A stretch of DNA of 64,000 nt from positions 366,504 to 430,503 of the forward strand of contig MU056050.1 of assembly GCA_013239625.1 (NCBI GenBank), in the 5' to 3' direction. This stretch comes from Lama guanicoe (Eukaryota). Within the stretch, counting starts at the first letter, position 1, and the number at the start of each line of letters is the position of its first letter. Under the pieces are notes generated by a model. It saw only the letters and a list, made by a program, of their open reading frames with translations. It did no database searches and was not told the origin of the DNA. The position numbers and the translations under genes are program-made. Shown here piece after piece: positions 37,998 through 52,725 of the stretch.

Positions 37998-39480
37998 CCA
38001 ATACAGTAGCCATTAGCCAGTCATATGTCAAATATATTCTCAGTCTTGATCAATTAGACTTCCATTCTTCCCAACTCTCTCCTCAATAACATAGTGGAGT
38101 TAGGGTTACAGTTTTTGGCTACTGAATACATGGTGATCAAATTTGTAATCATGACCTTAGTAGCACCATTTTCTGTTACTGATTCAGATTTTATCTACAA
38201 GACTAGGTACAACCAAGTTCAAAGAGATAGCATACTATGTAAGCAACCAACATTTTCTAAAGGAATACTCACGTTTAAGAATACAATTAAGAGCATCAAT
38301 TTGCTTTAAAAAGCAACTGTTACCTTAGTACCTACTAGGAACGTAGTCTCTGAAATACTTATTACAGCTTTTTCTTGCTACACTAATATAATCGAAGGTG
38401 ATAAATACAGTAGAAAAAAAATTAATATATTGGTGTTGGGGGCAAGGTGACACTTGTGAACTGGGTATCACAGTGAGATACTGTTTATCACTGTACTCAC
38501 ACTGAACATGATTTGATTTGTAGTAATTATATCTAAGACCATGTATTAGAGTGCTTGATAAAGAGGTTTTCTAGTAAAATGATTATAAATCAATAAAAAA
38601 TGTTAAAAAAAATAGACACTAAAAAAAAGAGGTTTTCTTATTTTTCAAAATTAATAACCCCTAATTTTAATCAAAATCCCCAATGATGGAAATCAGATAA
38701 ATTGCAACAAAGGGTTTTACACACTACTCTGATGATCGATAATTTGAAGCCCAAGGCCGTCTTGATGAAATTCTTTCTGTGGGAGACCATTAACATCGTG
38801 AGGCCAGTTACAGGAAATATTGATTTCTAAAATGTCATGGTTTCACACCCCATGGGGCCTTATGGATCTGACTTAATATGGCATGTGCAGGCCCGATTAT
38901 AGGACAAGTCAGCTCCAAGTATTTCATACATTTATACTGTATTGCATGTACCATCCATAAAGCTAATGGGTAGCCCATGAAATTAGGCAAATGGTATAGT
39001 AATCCAAGGTGAATGGTGAGGATAAGGCCTCCACACCAAAAACAGTTGAATATAGTGCAACCATGAACGTGGGGGGAAAAAAATCTTAGAATTTGAACAG
39101 GTAAACCAAAAGCAGGACAGATTCAATGCAGGTAAATGAAACTGCCAAAATACCAAAAGAAGTTCTTCAAAGGAGACTCCCACAGAACTCATTTGCTCTG
39201 CAGTGGTAAATAAATCTCAATTGATATACTTTTATCCAAGCCACAGCTGAGAGCCAGATTAACTGGGAAACAACACAGATGATGTTACATTCTTTACAGT
39301 CACCACTTCAATTTCAGTATCATCATAGAGAAGTACAGAGAATTACAATGAAATTGTGTGTGCTGAGTAATGCCACTAAATTAGCTCCCAGGAAAATTAT
39401 TAACCTTTATAAGTAATTTTCACTTTTCCTCTCAGGGATAGATTTTAAATTTCACTTTAATACTGGCTGGGAACATTTCC

Positions 39481-39486
39481 TTTATT
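39481..39486 (-). terminator. C1GALT1C1: Candidate C1GALT1C1 polyadenylation signal
   Basis: Minus-strand AATAAA about 510 nt after the stop; other candidates near 39591, 39618 and 39748. Confidence 0.5.
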
Positions 39487-39992
39487 GCTTGGTTGTGTAT
39501 TTTGAAGAAAGCAAATCCACTGGCACTTGTGGAGGCTTAGAACATAAACCAACATTAGAAGTAACAGAAACACAGAGTGAAAAGTTTTACTTTAATCACA
39601 AATTCACAACTAGAGATTTTATTTGCATATCTTAGAAAGCTAATAAGACATGCCACATTTTTAATCGATCAGCAAAAATAAGTGCCACACGGATTTTTAA
39701 TGTTCATAATTTAGAATTTATCACATAAATACATTATAAATATATCCTTTATTTGTAAAATTATTATTCTTTTAACATTTCTTTCCAACACACCTGAAAT
39801 TTGCATGAGTTTTAAGGAAAAAAACCCCTGCCCTATTTAAAAATATACTAATAAACTTCCATGTGTGAATAAACCAGTGCTACCAAACTGAAAAAGAAAC
39901 ATATTTCTGTGTTGGATATGTAGCTGTTACTACAAATAATGACAACACGTGTCCTATACAATGATCATATATACACACTCTTGTTTCACTTT

Positions 39993-40997
<1,005 letters not shown>

Positions 40998-42356
40998 TTA
41001 GTCTAGTGATTTGATTTGGTATTCTTCGTATACTTACCTTTGCTCTTAACATTAAAAAAAAGGTTCCCAAGTTTGAAATCAAATCAGTTGCAAATAGTAT
41101 CAGGAAGTCTAAGAATTTTTTGCTTCCATTGGTATCTGATTACTGTTCAGTATAAACTGGAATTTTGCAGGAATACTTCTTTGCAGTAGAGTTTTCTGGG
41201 AGGCTATTTTTGCACTTCATCCATGGGGATTTAATTAACCAAGTACTAAATCAAAGCACTAAACCCAGAAACCAATGTTACAGAGGTTGTCCATCCATCA
41301 TTCTCTTTAAAGGAATTTTGTTTCACAAGCTTGCATTATATTATGTAAATACCTCTGTGGCTATAAATGGAGTTTTACATCAAAACCTTAAACTGAATAG
41401 ATAAAACCACCTACAACTGGCAAATCACCAGTGGTATCCGTACTGGCATTTGTTCTCAACTTTGCGCTTTATTTAACTGATGGCTGCTGTCCTCAGGTGT
41501 TTTGAGTACATCTAAAGCATGTTTCTTGAAATTGATACCATATACATTAATATTTACTCTTTTATCCCTAAGTCCAAATGGTTTCCAATACAGCATCCCA
41601 ACTAACGGATGTAATAAAAGCCCATAATGAAAATGGTTAAATTATTTGGGTTAGAACTGAGTCAATATAGACGTTATCTGGGGATCATTAATGAACATTT
41701 TTATTTCTTCCCAAGGCATTTTCTTAATCTCTGGGAAAGTAAAAAGGGGAAAGTCTACACTTCTATTTCAATTAGAAGTTAAAAGAAAAGCCAACATTAA
41801 ATACAACTGCTGAGATTTTCCCAATCTCCCCTCTATTTCCACAAGGAATGGTCTACTGAGCTACTTAGATTTTCCCTTTGTCTCTTAAAGTTGAAAGGGG
41901 CCTTAGAAGTAACCAACTGTCATTTTTCCCATTTTACAGATAGGGAAACATAAGGTCCACAATGGTTAAATAACTGACACTAAGTCACAGTCAGAGGTAG
42001 AACTGAACTAGAAGTCAGATATCCTGACATCAGTTTAATGCTTGTTGTATTACAGAATATGATCTCAACAGTGTTTCTACTCATATTATTAAGAACTTAA
42101 TAGGTTACTGAATAACTTTGCTTTCCTATAAATGAAAAAAAGTGGGATCCGTTAACTATAAATGGTATTTTGCACCCAACATCACCCTACTGCTACAAGG
42201 AAACCATCCTTGGGTTTTCTTTTAAAGGAAATGGACTTTGACTTATACTAGAAGGACAAGGTGTGGAACAGCTTGACAGATGTAACTCCTGAGCGTGGAT
42301 GGGAGGTGGGGAAAGAGGCAGGACGGCTTTCCTGTGTTACTCAGAGAACTTGGTCA

Positions 42357-42531
42357 ACAAACAGCTCTAATAAGGAAAAGAGAATTGTCAGGAAACAAGC
42401 TTTGCTTAATATTACAAACAGCTCTAATAAGGAAAAGAGAATTGTCAGGAAACAAGCTTTGCTTAATATTACAAACAGCTCTAATAAGGAAAAGAGAATT
42501 GTCAGGAAACAAGCTTTGCTTAATATTACAA
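42357..42531. repeat. Perfect tandem repeat, 3 x 57 bp
   Basis: Unit acaaacagctctaataaggaaaagagaattgtcaggaaacaagctttgcttaatatt starts at 42357, 42414 and 42471, followed by acaa. Confidence 0.97.
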
Positions 42532-42979
42532 TTATCAGATGCATTCTAAAATTAATTTAATTTATATAGGGTTTTGGCATTTCACATTACACAATTTTCA
42601 TTATTTCTGGCCAATATATGATAATTGACCGGTGTCTCTTAGCTTGATAATAGCATGTGTATGTCAGAGTTCTTCCTGATGGGGATATTAATTATGAATC
42701 ATTTTCACAAATTATTCTAAGGAGTAGCTTTTTTTTCCAGCAGGGAAGGCAAAAACAAACAAAAAGTAACATTACAGATGAACATGATAGGACATTTGGT
42801 GCAGAGGAGAGAGAAATTTAAAACCGCACAACAGCACAAACAAGGCAGAAACTACTGAAGTGGTTTTTGAAATGAATCTTTTCAGGTGAAGGTGGCTGGG
42901 TGGAGTACTTAAAGAGAGGAGGATGAAATGGAGAACAGAGGTGAGGGGAAAAACGTGGTCACCTCTAGACCCCAAGGAG

Positions 42980-43670
42980 GGGCCGAGGGAGCGCCTCTAG
43001 GAAGGCGGCGCTCGGTCAGCCCCATTCACTGTTTCTCCCACTGCACCTGCCCGGGCACATCGCGTGGAGCATGCTGGGAGTGGGCCAGGACCCAGGGCCT
43101 CCCCGGGAGAGGGGCGGGGCCGGGCCGCTCCGGGGGCCGCTCCAGGTACCAGCCGATGCCCCAGCACTCACCCGCGTCTAGAACGGCTCAGGGGCGGGAA
43201 AGCGCAGCCGCGCACGGTTTTCGTCTCACGTTCGCGCGCCACTCGGTTACGTTCCTGTCAGGCTGCTCTAGATGCAGGCGGTGTCCTCTCGTTGGTCTCG
43301 CTGAAGGTGGGGAGGGCCAGGAAGTGGACGCCACGACGGCGCCGGCAGAGGGGCGGGGCAAAGGAGCCCTCCGCGGGGCGGAGCCGCCAGCCCGCGCCGA
43401 CGTTGGAAGGACCCGCGCGTACGCAGCGCGCCCTTTCCCCCCGCCCCCTGCCGAGTTCAGAGAAGCGCGTCCTGCTGGCGTGACCCGCACGCTCGCCAGT
43501 ACCCAATGGGACGCTCAGAGAGGCGTGCGTGCGTACGACCCGCTGACTCCTCCCACCTCTTCACCTTCCGGGCGCGGAAACCGAGTGAGAGGTAGAGCGT
43601 TGCACCTGGCCGCATTTGTGTCGGGTCTCTCAGTGGTTCCTCCCAGTACTCCTGGGCTGGGATTAAACGC
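42980..43670 (-). promoter_or_regulatory. C1GALT1C1: C1GALT1C1 CpG island promoter
   Basis: High GC/CpG content, several GGGGCGGGG boxes, ETS motif caggaagt at 43318-43325. Confidence 0.9.
43172..43330 (-). other. C1GALT1C1: C1GALT1C1 non-coding exon 1 (5' end approximate)
   Basis: Donor CTAGACGCGG|GTGAGT at 43172/43171; a second possible donor AAC|GTGAGA at 43230. Confidence 0.75.
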
Positions 43671-43694
43671 AGGCCACTGAAATAGTCCTTAATT

Positions 43695-43965
43695 ATAAGG
43701 GCAAGGATTCGCTACGGTTATTGGAATGGCATCTGAAGCCCCAGTGTCTGGAATCCAATCCTGTCTTCACCGCGTCCCTTGGTATGCTGGGAAAGTTACT
43801 TCACCTCGCTATGCCTCAGTTCCCGCCTTTGTAAAAGTTCTGAAAATACCGCAGTAGTGCCATGTCATACAAGATTAAATGAGATAGTGCTTTTGACTAC
43901 ATTAGCAAAAGACCAGGCATAGAGTAAGCATTCATTAACTGTTACCTATTATTATTATTATTCAC
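43695..43965 (+). mobile_element. MIR SINE
   Basis: gggaaagttacttcacctcgctatgcctcagttcc...aagattaaatgagata...(att)n tail. Confidence 0.7.
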
Positions 43966-46856
43966 TCCTGTATCACTAACACTTAGCCAAATGCCAGCAC
44001 GCAGTGGACAATACATACATATTTGTGGAATTAACCAATGTTAGAACTCCAGATGAGGAACCACGACCAGAAAGGATAAGTAACTTCCTAAAGGCTACAC
44101 AGTAATTAATAGCAAAGGTGGGACTAGAATTCGGGTCTAATTACAAGTGTAGAGCTCTCTTTCCACTATACATTAAAATTACATGTGATCTGTCTTTTAA
44201 AGTTAACTCTTGTGACAGATTTTTTTTTTTTTGCTAAAAAGCACAAAACACATTCTTATAGATTTTAAAAATGTACTGTCACCTGGTTCCATCCAAATAA
44301 CTTGGTGACTTACTAGGGCCTGATTTCCTAAAGACATGTAGATTTGAGTATTGGCAACTCAATTTAAGTGGACTGAAAATTTTAGGAAGCACTGAAACAA
44401 TGAACAGATAGACTTTAGGCAATTAGCATCCTGGCAGCTCTACCCTAAATTCTGGAGATATAGTGGTGAACAAAATTAGCCCGCTGCCTTCAAGGAGCTC
44501 TGTCTAGCAGGGAAGAAAGGCATTAAACAGTTCATTACAAATACAATAACTATAATGGTGATATGTTCTCCAGGGGGATACAAAAATGAATTTTAGAACT
44601 GGAAAAGAAGACTGTAGAGTATCTCCACTGTATTTTGTTAAATAATACATACTGTCAGTTGTCACATATATAAATATATGTGTATGAATATATATGTACA
44701 TACATAGTTAAGAATTCAAGTTGCAGAATAATGTGTGTGGTATGATTACACATTGGTGAAAGCAAACAAAATTTTATATGTGTGCACATATGCTTGATAT
44801 GTTGGTATGAGCAAGGGGAGTTGTGGAAGGCTCCTCAGCAAGCTGTTAATATTGATCACCTCAGGAGGTCAAGATGTGGGTGATTAGCTTTGTCTTTATA
44901 CATCCTAATACTGCATTGTTTCACTGGTTTCACAAGCATTTATTTTTGAATTTGAAGAACAGCAAATAAAAAGATCTTGGACAAAAAGAGTAAGAGGAAA
45001 AGATACCAATAAAAAATACCTTTTAGAGAGTGCAGAGAACCAGTCTCTCTTTGTAAAAAGAGACCAAGGAAACACAGATAAACATGGCACTCAGAATTCA
45101 GACAGTGGCAAGGAGTCAATTAAAAATGCTGCAGCTTTCTAGTACAGGAAGGTATACCAAACTGGAAGTACTGATATAAGATGCTCTGAAATAGAATAAA
45201 CCATGGGATTTTCAACACCAAAAGCACTGTTAATGAGAGATTGTCTAAGAACCTAATTCTCTGCTTAAATACACTTAGCATTTGAAATGAGGTTAGTGAG
45301 ATTGACTTGTAGGTAGGTGATTGCATTTTAAAAACACCATTCCACATTGTAGCCCTAATTTAAAAATACATGCAATTAGTTTCTGTTAAAATTAAGAATA
45401 TTTGTAAATATTCTTTGGCTTGGCAAACCCACTTCTTAGAATCTCTCCCCTAGAAATTAAAGCACCAGAATGCAAGCTAAATGTATAAGGTCAAATGCAT
45501 TGTTGTTTATAATAGTGGAAAACATCCATCAATAAGATAATGGTTGCATTAATTATGGTACATCTATATAGTGGAATATTAAGCATAAAATAAACAGCTT
45601 ATCTCACCTGCACTAAACACTTCACCAGACATACTAACCTGCACCTTGTGGTGGGGAGGGTTGCTTTTGAATTTGGTTGCCTTCATGTACCCAGCAGGTA
45701 AGGCAAGACTGCATTCAAAATTGACAGCACTGCATTTTTGGCAAAGCCTTTCTGCCAAGTGCATGCATTATTCAGCATGAGAAGTCATTAATTTTTAGTA
45801 ATTGGTGATCACTTGCATGTAAGCACTCAAAATTTTGAAATCTGTTCAAAGGCCTTTGGGAAATTAATGTGACTTTCCACAACAATTCACTGGAATAATA
45901 AATATTGAAGAAAATCTAAGGTGGATTGTTTTCTGCATAACATCTTTTTGGAGAGTTAAAAATGTCTTTTGTGTTTATCAAAATTAAGTACCTGTAATAT
46001 ATGTACCTCCTCTGCCCAGAATTTCACAACTGTTCATCTTCAGTAAACAAATTCCCTCATCTGAGCAAATTCATTATTGTTTCCATTAGAGTGTAGTTTA
46101 GTTCCTAAATGAATCTCATTTGTGTTTTCAGGCATATTCATGCTTGCAGTCTCATTTCAAAATTTTTCCATTTGATGGCCATCTGGAAGCTTTCTTTTTT
46201 TTTTAAATTAACAACCCCATTTGCCTGCCAACAAGTATGTATTAAGTGTTTACAGTAAGTCAGTCACTGTGTTAGGTATTGTTTTCTCAAAAACCTTTTT
46301 CATTATGGGGAAATTCAAACATACACAGAAATAGAAAAGTATAATGAAATCACATGTACTTTTTAGTGAAGCTGCAGCATCACCAGTTCAAAGCCAGTCT
46401 TGTTCTATCTATACCCCTTCCAGATTATTGTGAAGCACTTCTGGGACATCATGCCATTTCATCCACAAACATTTCAAAATGTATCTATAAGAGATAATGC
46501 CTTCTTAAAAAAAAACAAAACCTCACAATACCACTAGAAAACTGAAAAATAAATAATTTCTTAGTATACTTAAATATTCAATCTGTTCAAATTACCAATA
46601 GTATCGCAAATGTCATGATTTTTTAATAATCTGAATTAGAATCCAAATAGTCTACACATTGTGATTGGGTTTTGTGTCTCTTAAGTCTCTTTTTTAGTCT
46701 ATAGGTTTCTCTCTCTCCCTTGATATTTCTTTGTTGAAGTCTGGTTGTTTGTCTTGTACATTTACCCACAGTCTGGTGCAGATAGCCTCATTCTGGTTCC
46801 TTTAATATGTTTTTCTTTCCTTTCTGTTCCTTATAAATGGGTAGTTGGAGCTAAAG

Positions 46857-47038
46857 TAGGATTGCCAGATTTAGCAAAACAAAAAACAAAAAAAACAATG
46901 AATACATTTTTAGTATAATTATATCCCAGATATAACACCTGGAACATATTAAATATTGCATGGGACACTAAAAATTATTTGTTGTTTATCTGAAATTCAG
47001 TTTTAACTGGGCATCCTGAAATTTATCTGGCAACCGTA
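46857..47038. mobile_element. MER53-like hAT MITE
   Basis: Terminal inverted repeats taggattgccagattt / atttatctggcaaccgta. Confidence 0.7.
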
Positions 47039-47249
47039 ATCCTAATCTAAAAGCTTTGATTCAGGTTCAGTTTTTGGGAGGGGTGGAGGATGCAGTTACT
47101 TCATAGATGGTGGCGTGTGTTTCCTTCAGAAACATTATGTCTGGGTGTCTTTGTCATGATCGCTGCCATTGATGCCTAGATCCATAATTCATTAGGGTTG
47201 CAATATGGTGATCTTCTAATTTTCCAAGGCATATTTTTAAGAGGAAATT

Positions 47250-47505
47250 TGGTGTAGTGATTTAGTGGTCAGGCCCTGGCACAGGGAAGACTTGGTTTGC
47301 ACTCTGGCTCAGCTGCTTTCCTAGCTGTGTGACCTAGGACAAGTTAGTTCACTTCTCTCAGCCTTAGCTTCCTCATCTGTAAAACAAGGCTAATAATAGT
47401 ACCTATCTCATAAGTTTTTTTTTGAGAATCAAATGAGTTAAGTTGTGTGGAGGATTTAGAACAGTGCCCAGCACACAGTAGATGCTCATAAGAGCTGGCT
47501 ATTAT
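47250..47505 (+). mobile_element. MIR SINE
   Basis: ctagctgtgtgacctaggacaagtt...cctcatctgtaaaac...aacagtgcccagcacacagtag. Confidence 0.8.
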
Positions 47506-50500
47506 ATCTAATGAGACTTTTGAAGATTTATGACCTTTCAAATTCAGGGTTTCCCAATATTAAAAACTTTAAATCCTCCACTCAGCAGTTAAGTTATATT
47601 TTCACATAATTAATAAAAATAACAATAAAGATGTATTGAATGAGCAGCCTCTTCTATTTGTCCAGTGCTTTTCAGTTAACAAAGGCCTTCTTCATTTGAT
47701 CCTCATAGTAGCCTGTTAACCAGAGGACTGGTCTTAATTTGTTTTTAAACCTGAAGAATCTTGGGCTTAAGGAGGTGACTTGCTCAACTTGCAACATAGC
47801 TAGTAGAGTAATGACTGAGTCCTAGCCCAAGACTCTTTTGATGGGAAGCATTACGTGAGGAAAATGGTGTGGTCCTCCCTCTGTGCAACACTTTCATTTC
47901 TTGGTTCCAATGACAACACTATCTTGTTTTCTTTTTCAGCTTTTTAACTTCTTGTTTCTTTCTCAAACTGTTTCCTCCATGTCCTCCATTCTGGTCTCTT
48001 TCTCCTCTTCCCAGTGTAGTTGTTCCCCAAGGTTCTATCCTTGGGCCATATTTATTGTTATATTCTTCTCCTTTAATAGCTCCTCAATAGCTTTATCTAT
48101 TCAAATAGCTTCAACCATTCCCTCTGGGAAGAGGATTTCCAAATCTATATATCTGGCCTCTCTTGAATTTGGGACCCCAGATTTCAATTGCCTGCTTGAT
48201 ATCTCCATATAGCTGCTTTAGACAGAATCCTGCATTCAATGGGTCTGCTTATCTGGATCCTGATTTTAACCAACTATATAAGTCAAACAAGGAGCCAATT
48301 GAGGAAGTTTGAATACTTACTGATGACATCAAGTATTTGACGACATTAAAGACTTAATGTTAATTTTTTAGGTGAAATTATTTGTGGCTATGTTAAGAAT
48401 ATCTTTCAGAAATACATACTGAAGTGTTTACGGATGATACCATATGATGTCTGGGATTCACTTCAAAATAAGCCAGTTGGGGAGAGAAGAAATAGGTAAG
48501 GGTATTGATGAGAAACAAGATTGGCCATGAGCTGCTAATTGTTGAGCTAGGTAATTGGTATATGGGACTTCAATATCCTATTCTCTCTGTTTTTCTCTGT
48601 GTTTGGGAATCTGCATAATAAAATTTTTAAAAGCTTATATAGGCCCAAACCGAATTGATTAACCTTGTCTACATACACTGCCTGACAACCATTTCCTCTT
48701 ATCTTTCCAGTCACTTAGTACAAAAACCCAAAGCTGTCAGTTTCCTCCTTCTCCCTGACCTATCCACCCAGTCAGTTGCTAAGTTAGGCTGAGACTCCCT
48801 CCACAGTAAGTCCTGCTTCTATCCTTTCCTTCCTGTTCAAACTGCCCCCACTCTACTAAGTCCGTATTACTTCTTGCTTGCACTAGTGTAAGAACATTCA
48901 TAAATTTCTCCCCATTTCCAGTCCCTCCTCACCTGGTGTATGTAAAGCTTCTAGCATAGTGCTTGGTACTTAGCCCCTTCCTTCCTCCTCAGTTGTGAAT
49001 TCATCTTCCTTACTGTTGCCTGCTTAGCCCTCTGATGGAATCTTCTCCCTCCCCTGAGACTGCTCCTCACTCACTCCCTTTCAGAATTGCTTTCTTCCCT
49101 ATCCCTTCTGGATCCTGCAGCCTCACTGCTGCCTCCACTTCACCCCAGCTGCTATGCTTTGTGGAGGAAGCTATGCTTTGTGTCTGAATAAAGACTGATT
49201 TCTCAGTTCCAAAGTTAGAGCAGGATTTTTCTTAGCTGTAGATGAGCGGAGCCTTTACACAGAGACAAAACAGGCATACGGAGTGTGACTAAAAGAGAAG
49301 CAAGTTTTAAAGCTGCCTCTTGTCCCCTCAGCTCAGTTGGGAAGAAAAGGGAAGATCTCTAGTCCGGAGGGATCAGCTTCTAGATCCAGACAGAGTAGAG
49401 TAAATGCTGATGGCAAAGAAGGAGCTAGGTGGATATCATTCCAGCAAACTGGGGACTTCTTGAGGAAATACATCTTGCCCAGTCTGGTTAAGGGAGGAAG
49501 AGCAAGAACCACCGCCAGTGGGTCTCATGGGCATGACATCAGCAGTATGGATTGGGCGGAAGTCCTGTAGCTCAGGGCTGTCCCAGAGGAATGGCTATAG
49601 AACCCTTACTTTTGGTGGCCTGAATAGGTGTAGTTCTGTCCGTTATGGAGAGCAGCCAGGCATTCAGGGGCTGGGCTGACCAAGCACAAAGAAACCCCCT
49701 GTCTTTTAAAAAGAAAATGCTTTAAGTCAATCGCATTCTTACATTTTAAGCATAACATTTGCAACTAAAACCAATCTGCTGTATTGTATTCAAGATGCAT
49801 CCTCCTGTTTTATATTTAAGGCCCACAGGCTTCAACTAATTTAGGGGACCATCTGGTGAGAAAGAAAGTCTTATTACAAAGTGGAGTTTGTTTGCAGGCT
49901 CAGGCCTCATAAGGGATTGTCCTGGGGATCCCAACCGATTTTGCATGTCAGAGCCCAGTGCTCCTGACCCTACCAATTAGGTAGGAAGGTCTGGCGTCAG
50001 AGTCAGACAGATAAGATTCAGTTCCTCCTCCAACATTCACAAACTGCGTCTTGAGCCACAGGACTTCGGAGGTTTGAATTTCCTCAGTTTCCTTACATGT
50101 AAAATGGGAATTAGATTATACCTGAAGTTGCTGGGACGATTAAAGGAGATAAAGTCTCCCAGAGGGAGCTTAGAAACATTACTTCCTTTTCCTTGATCTA
50201 GAACTTAATCCTCCATTTTCTTCCCTGTGAGCTTTGCTCTTATTACCTTCTTTACCTGATATCTGCTTTCACTTGAATAGACGTGGGCATGCTTTTACAC
50301 AGATCTTTGAACAGAAGGTCTGAAAAATAAGTTTTAATTCTAATGCTGTTATTTGTTCACTTCTACAGAAGGTAAAGAGCTGAAATGGAATTGCACTGGA
50401 ATACAGTGGTCAGAAGGCCGTTTTGCCCCTTCTGCAGTATGCTAAGCAAATCAATTCTCAGAGTCCTCCCGTAGTACATGTAAGTAGTTGAAAGGATTAG

Positions 50501-52305
50501 ACCAGTTGGCTGGGACAAATGCCAGTTGCAGCTCAGGGGCAGAGGAGAGGGAGTTAGAAAGCAGGTTGGTTAGAGATGAAAAGTCTGGGAATGGGGATGC
50601 TTTTAGATTCTAACTAGATAACTGCTGCTTAGGTGACAGCTTTATTTCAAGTGAGAATGTGAACTTGGCTGTATTCCTAGTTAGAATCTGATGCTCAAAA
50701 TTTCCTCTAAATCAGGAAACAAAATTAAAAAGTGATGATTGAGATTGGCAGAATGTAATTGCTAAAGCTGAGTAATGGATACCTGGAACTTCATTACACT
50801 ATTCTCTATACTTCTCATGTGTTTGAAAATATCCATAATTAGAAGTTTTTTGTTTATGTGACAATTATGGGACAATGGAGGTCACTCAAGAACTGGGGAG
50901 TTTAATGTCATGTCAGTAAAGCTGGTAAAAGATATTTGAACCAAAAGAACTCCTTAGAGGAAGTGTGGTTATTTCTGTAAGTCTTGTCTAGCTAACTGGA
51001 TTTATTTGAAGGATTAAATAGCATGCAGATAAGGCACTTGATGGATATAATATAAATTGAACTCAAAAAGGTTTTGACAAGATGTCATGACCTGTTTTTA
51101 AGGGAATTGCATCACTAAAGGACTGTGACCGTCTTTCCTCTAAGTTGATATCACCTTAGATTAAGAAACAAAGGTAGAGATCAAGGAGGTTAAGGATGTT
51201 ACTCTGACATTTTGAAAGCAGGATTTCTTAGGGATGAGGGGGCTCGTTTTTTTTTTAAATAAATGTTTACAAAAGATCTGAAGGAAGGAATGCACAGCGA
51301 AATCTCCAAGTGGACAATTACATGAAAATTCCTGACAGTACAAAGCTTAGTTGATGGGAATAAACCATGAGGACATCTCATGGGTATGGCATGGTTAGCT
51401 ATAAAGATCAGCTTTAGGTATTGCTCTGAGTTGTTGCCAGGCTACTTAGGGATGTTAAGAAAACCTTGCTTGGCAAGGCCCTAGGCATGAAGGCTCATTA
51501 TTGAATGACCTAAAACAATAATTCACATATGTAAATGTGCACATATGCATTTGATGCTAGAGTAGTGGCTGGGATTGATTGTGGATCACAGGAGAACAGA
51601 CTTTTCTCCCACTAGGATTGGCATTTTGGTAGGTAGATACTCTAATATGGACACCTGCAGTCCATCCTGCCAGGGGCTGGGAAAGAGTGAAAAGCTAAAA
51701 TCTAGTTGGAAAGAAAAATAGTCTGCCTTCAGTGGCTTTCCCTTCCTTTCAGGGAGGGGATTGATAGGCCTGCTGACAGTGGGAAAAATGAGTCAAAAGC
51801 CTCCTTGTTGAGAGGTTTTACTCTTCTTCTTGAAGGAATGAAAATGAGAGTAGCAAGTTCTCCCATGTGGTGGTTGTAGAGCCGCACGTTTCAGGATGAG
51901 AGCTGAAGACGCAAGCTGTACTACTGATAGGACCAGCTACGTAATCTGCAGAACTCAGTGCAAAATGAAAATGTGGGGCTCCTTGTTCATGAATTATTCA
52001 GAATTTCAAAATAATGACAGCAGAATATTAAACCAAACATGGGCTCTTGTAAGCGTGGGACCCTGTGTGACAGCAGAGGTTGTATGTCCATCAAGCTGAA
52101 CTTACTCCTGGGCAGCAGGAATAGTGATAGCAAAAATTCAGAAGGCGTATTAGAAAAGTATAAAGCAGAAAATCAAGATGATTTAAAATCCCACCACCTA
52201 GAAACAACCACTGTTATTTTGGTGTATATATCTCAGAGATTTTTCTGTGTACATATACATGTATAGACACATATTCATACAGTCTTTTATACTATGGAAA
52301 TGGTA

Positions 52306-52703
52306 TGTTAAAAAATAGACAAGAGGCCCCAAATGGAGTCCGTCACATGTGCTAAGCCCACATTACCAAACCGAGACTTAATACTTAACCTAACTGCAGT
52401 TTCAGCTTCTCCCAGGAATATAATCTTAACCAGTCAATCTGGAATTTCCTAGTCAGCACTAATGAGGTGATCTGCTTGAAAGACCCCTGCTGTGCCCTAG
52501 AGGAAGGTGACCTTGCCTAAAACAATCAGTTTTTCGCTAGAATAACTTACCTGTCCTGCCTCCTTCTACCTGTAAAAGTCTTCCATTTTGTACAGTTCCT
52601 CAGAGCTCCTTCCTATTTGCCAAATGGGATGCTGCCCGATTCGTGAGTTATTGAATTAAGTCAATAAGATCTTTAAAACTTGCTTGAATTTTATTATTTA
52701 ATA
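52306..52703 (+). repeat. 5' LTR
   Basis: tgttaaaaaatagacaagaggccccaaatggagtc...gaattttattatttaata; homologous to 60272-60653. Confidence 0.9.
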
Positions 52704-52707
52704 GGTT

Positions 52708-52725
52708 TGGTGGCAGTAGTGGGAC
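52708..52725 (+). other. Primer-binding site, tRNA-Leu-like
   Basis: TGGTGGCAGTAGTGGGAC 4 nt after the LTR; resembles the complement of a tRNA-Leu 3' end (TGGTGGCAGCGGTGGGAT). Confidence 0.65.

Noticed and set aside
42261..42560. ORFs with 19-aa repeats, or a CRISPR-like array
   Set aside because: Caused by the 57-bp tandem repeat (a multiple of 3); there are no spacers and the DNA is mammalian intron.
42928..43680. 250-aa plus-strand ORF and overlapping ORFs
   Set aside because: They lie in the C1GALT1C1 CpG island, where stop codons are rare; Arg/Gly/Pro/Ala-rich with no recognisable domain.
49150..49182. Short direct repeat gctatgctttgtg x2
   Set aside because: Small local slippage duplication with no further structure.
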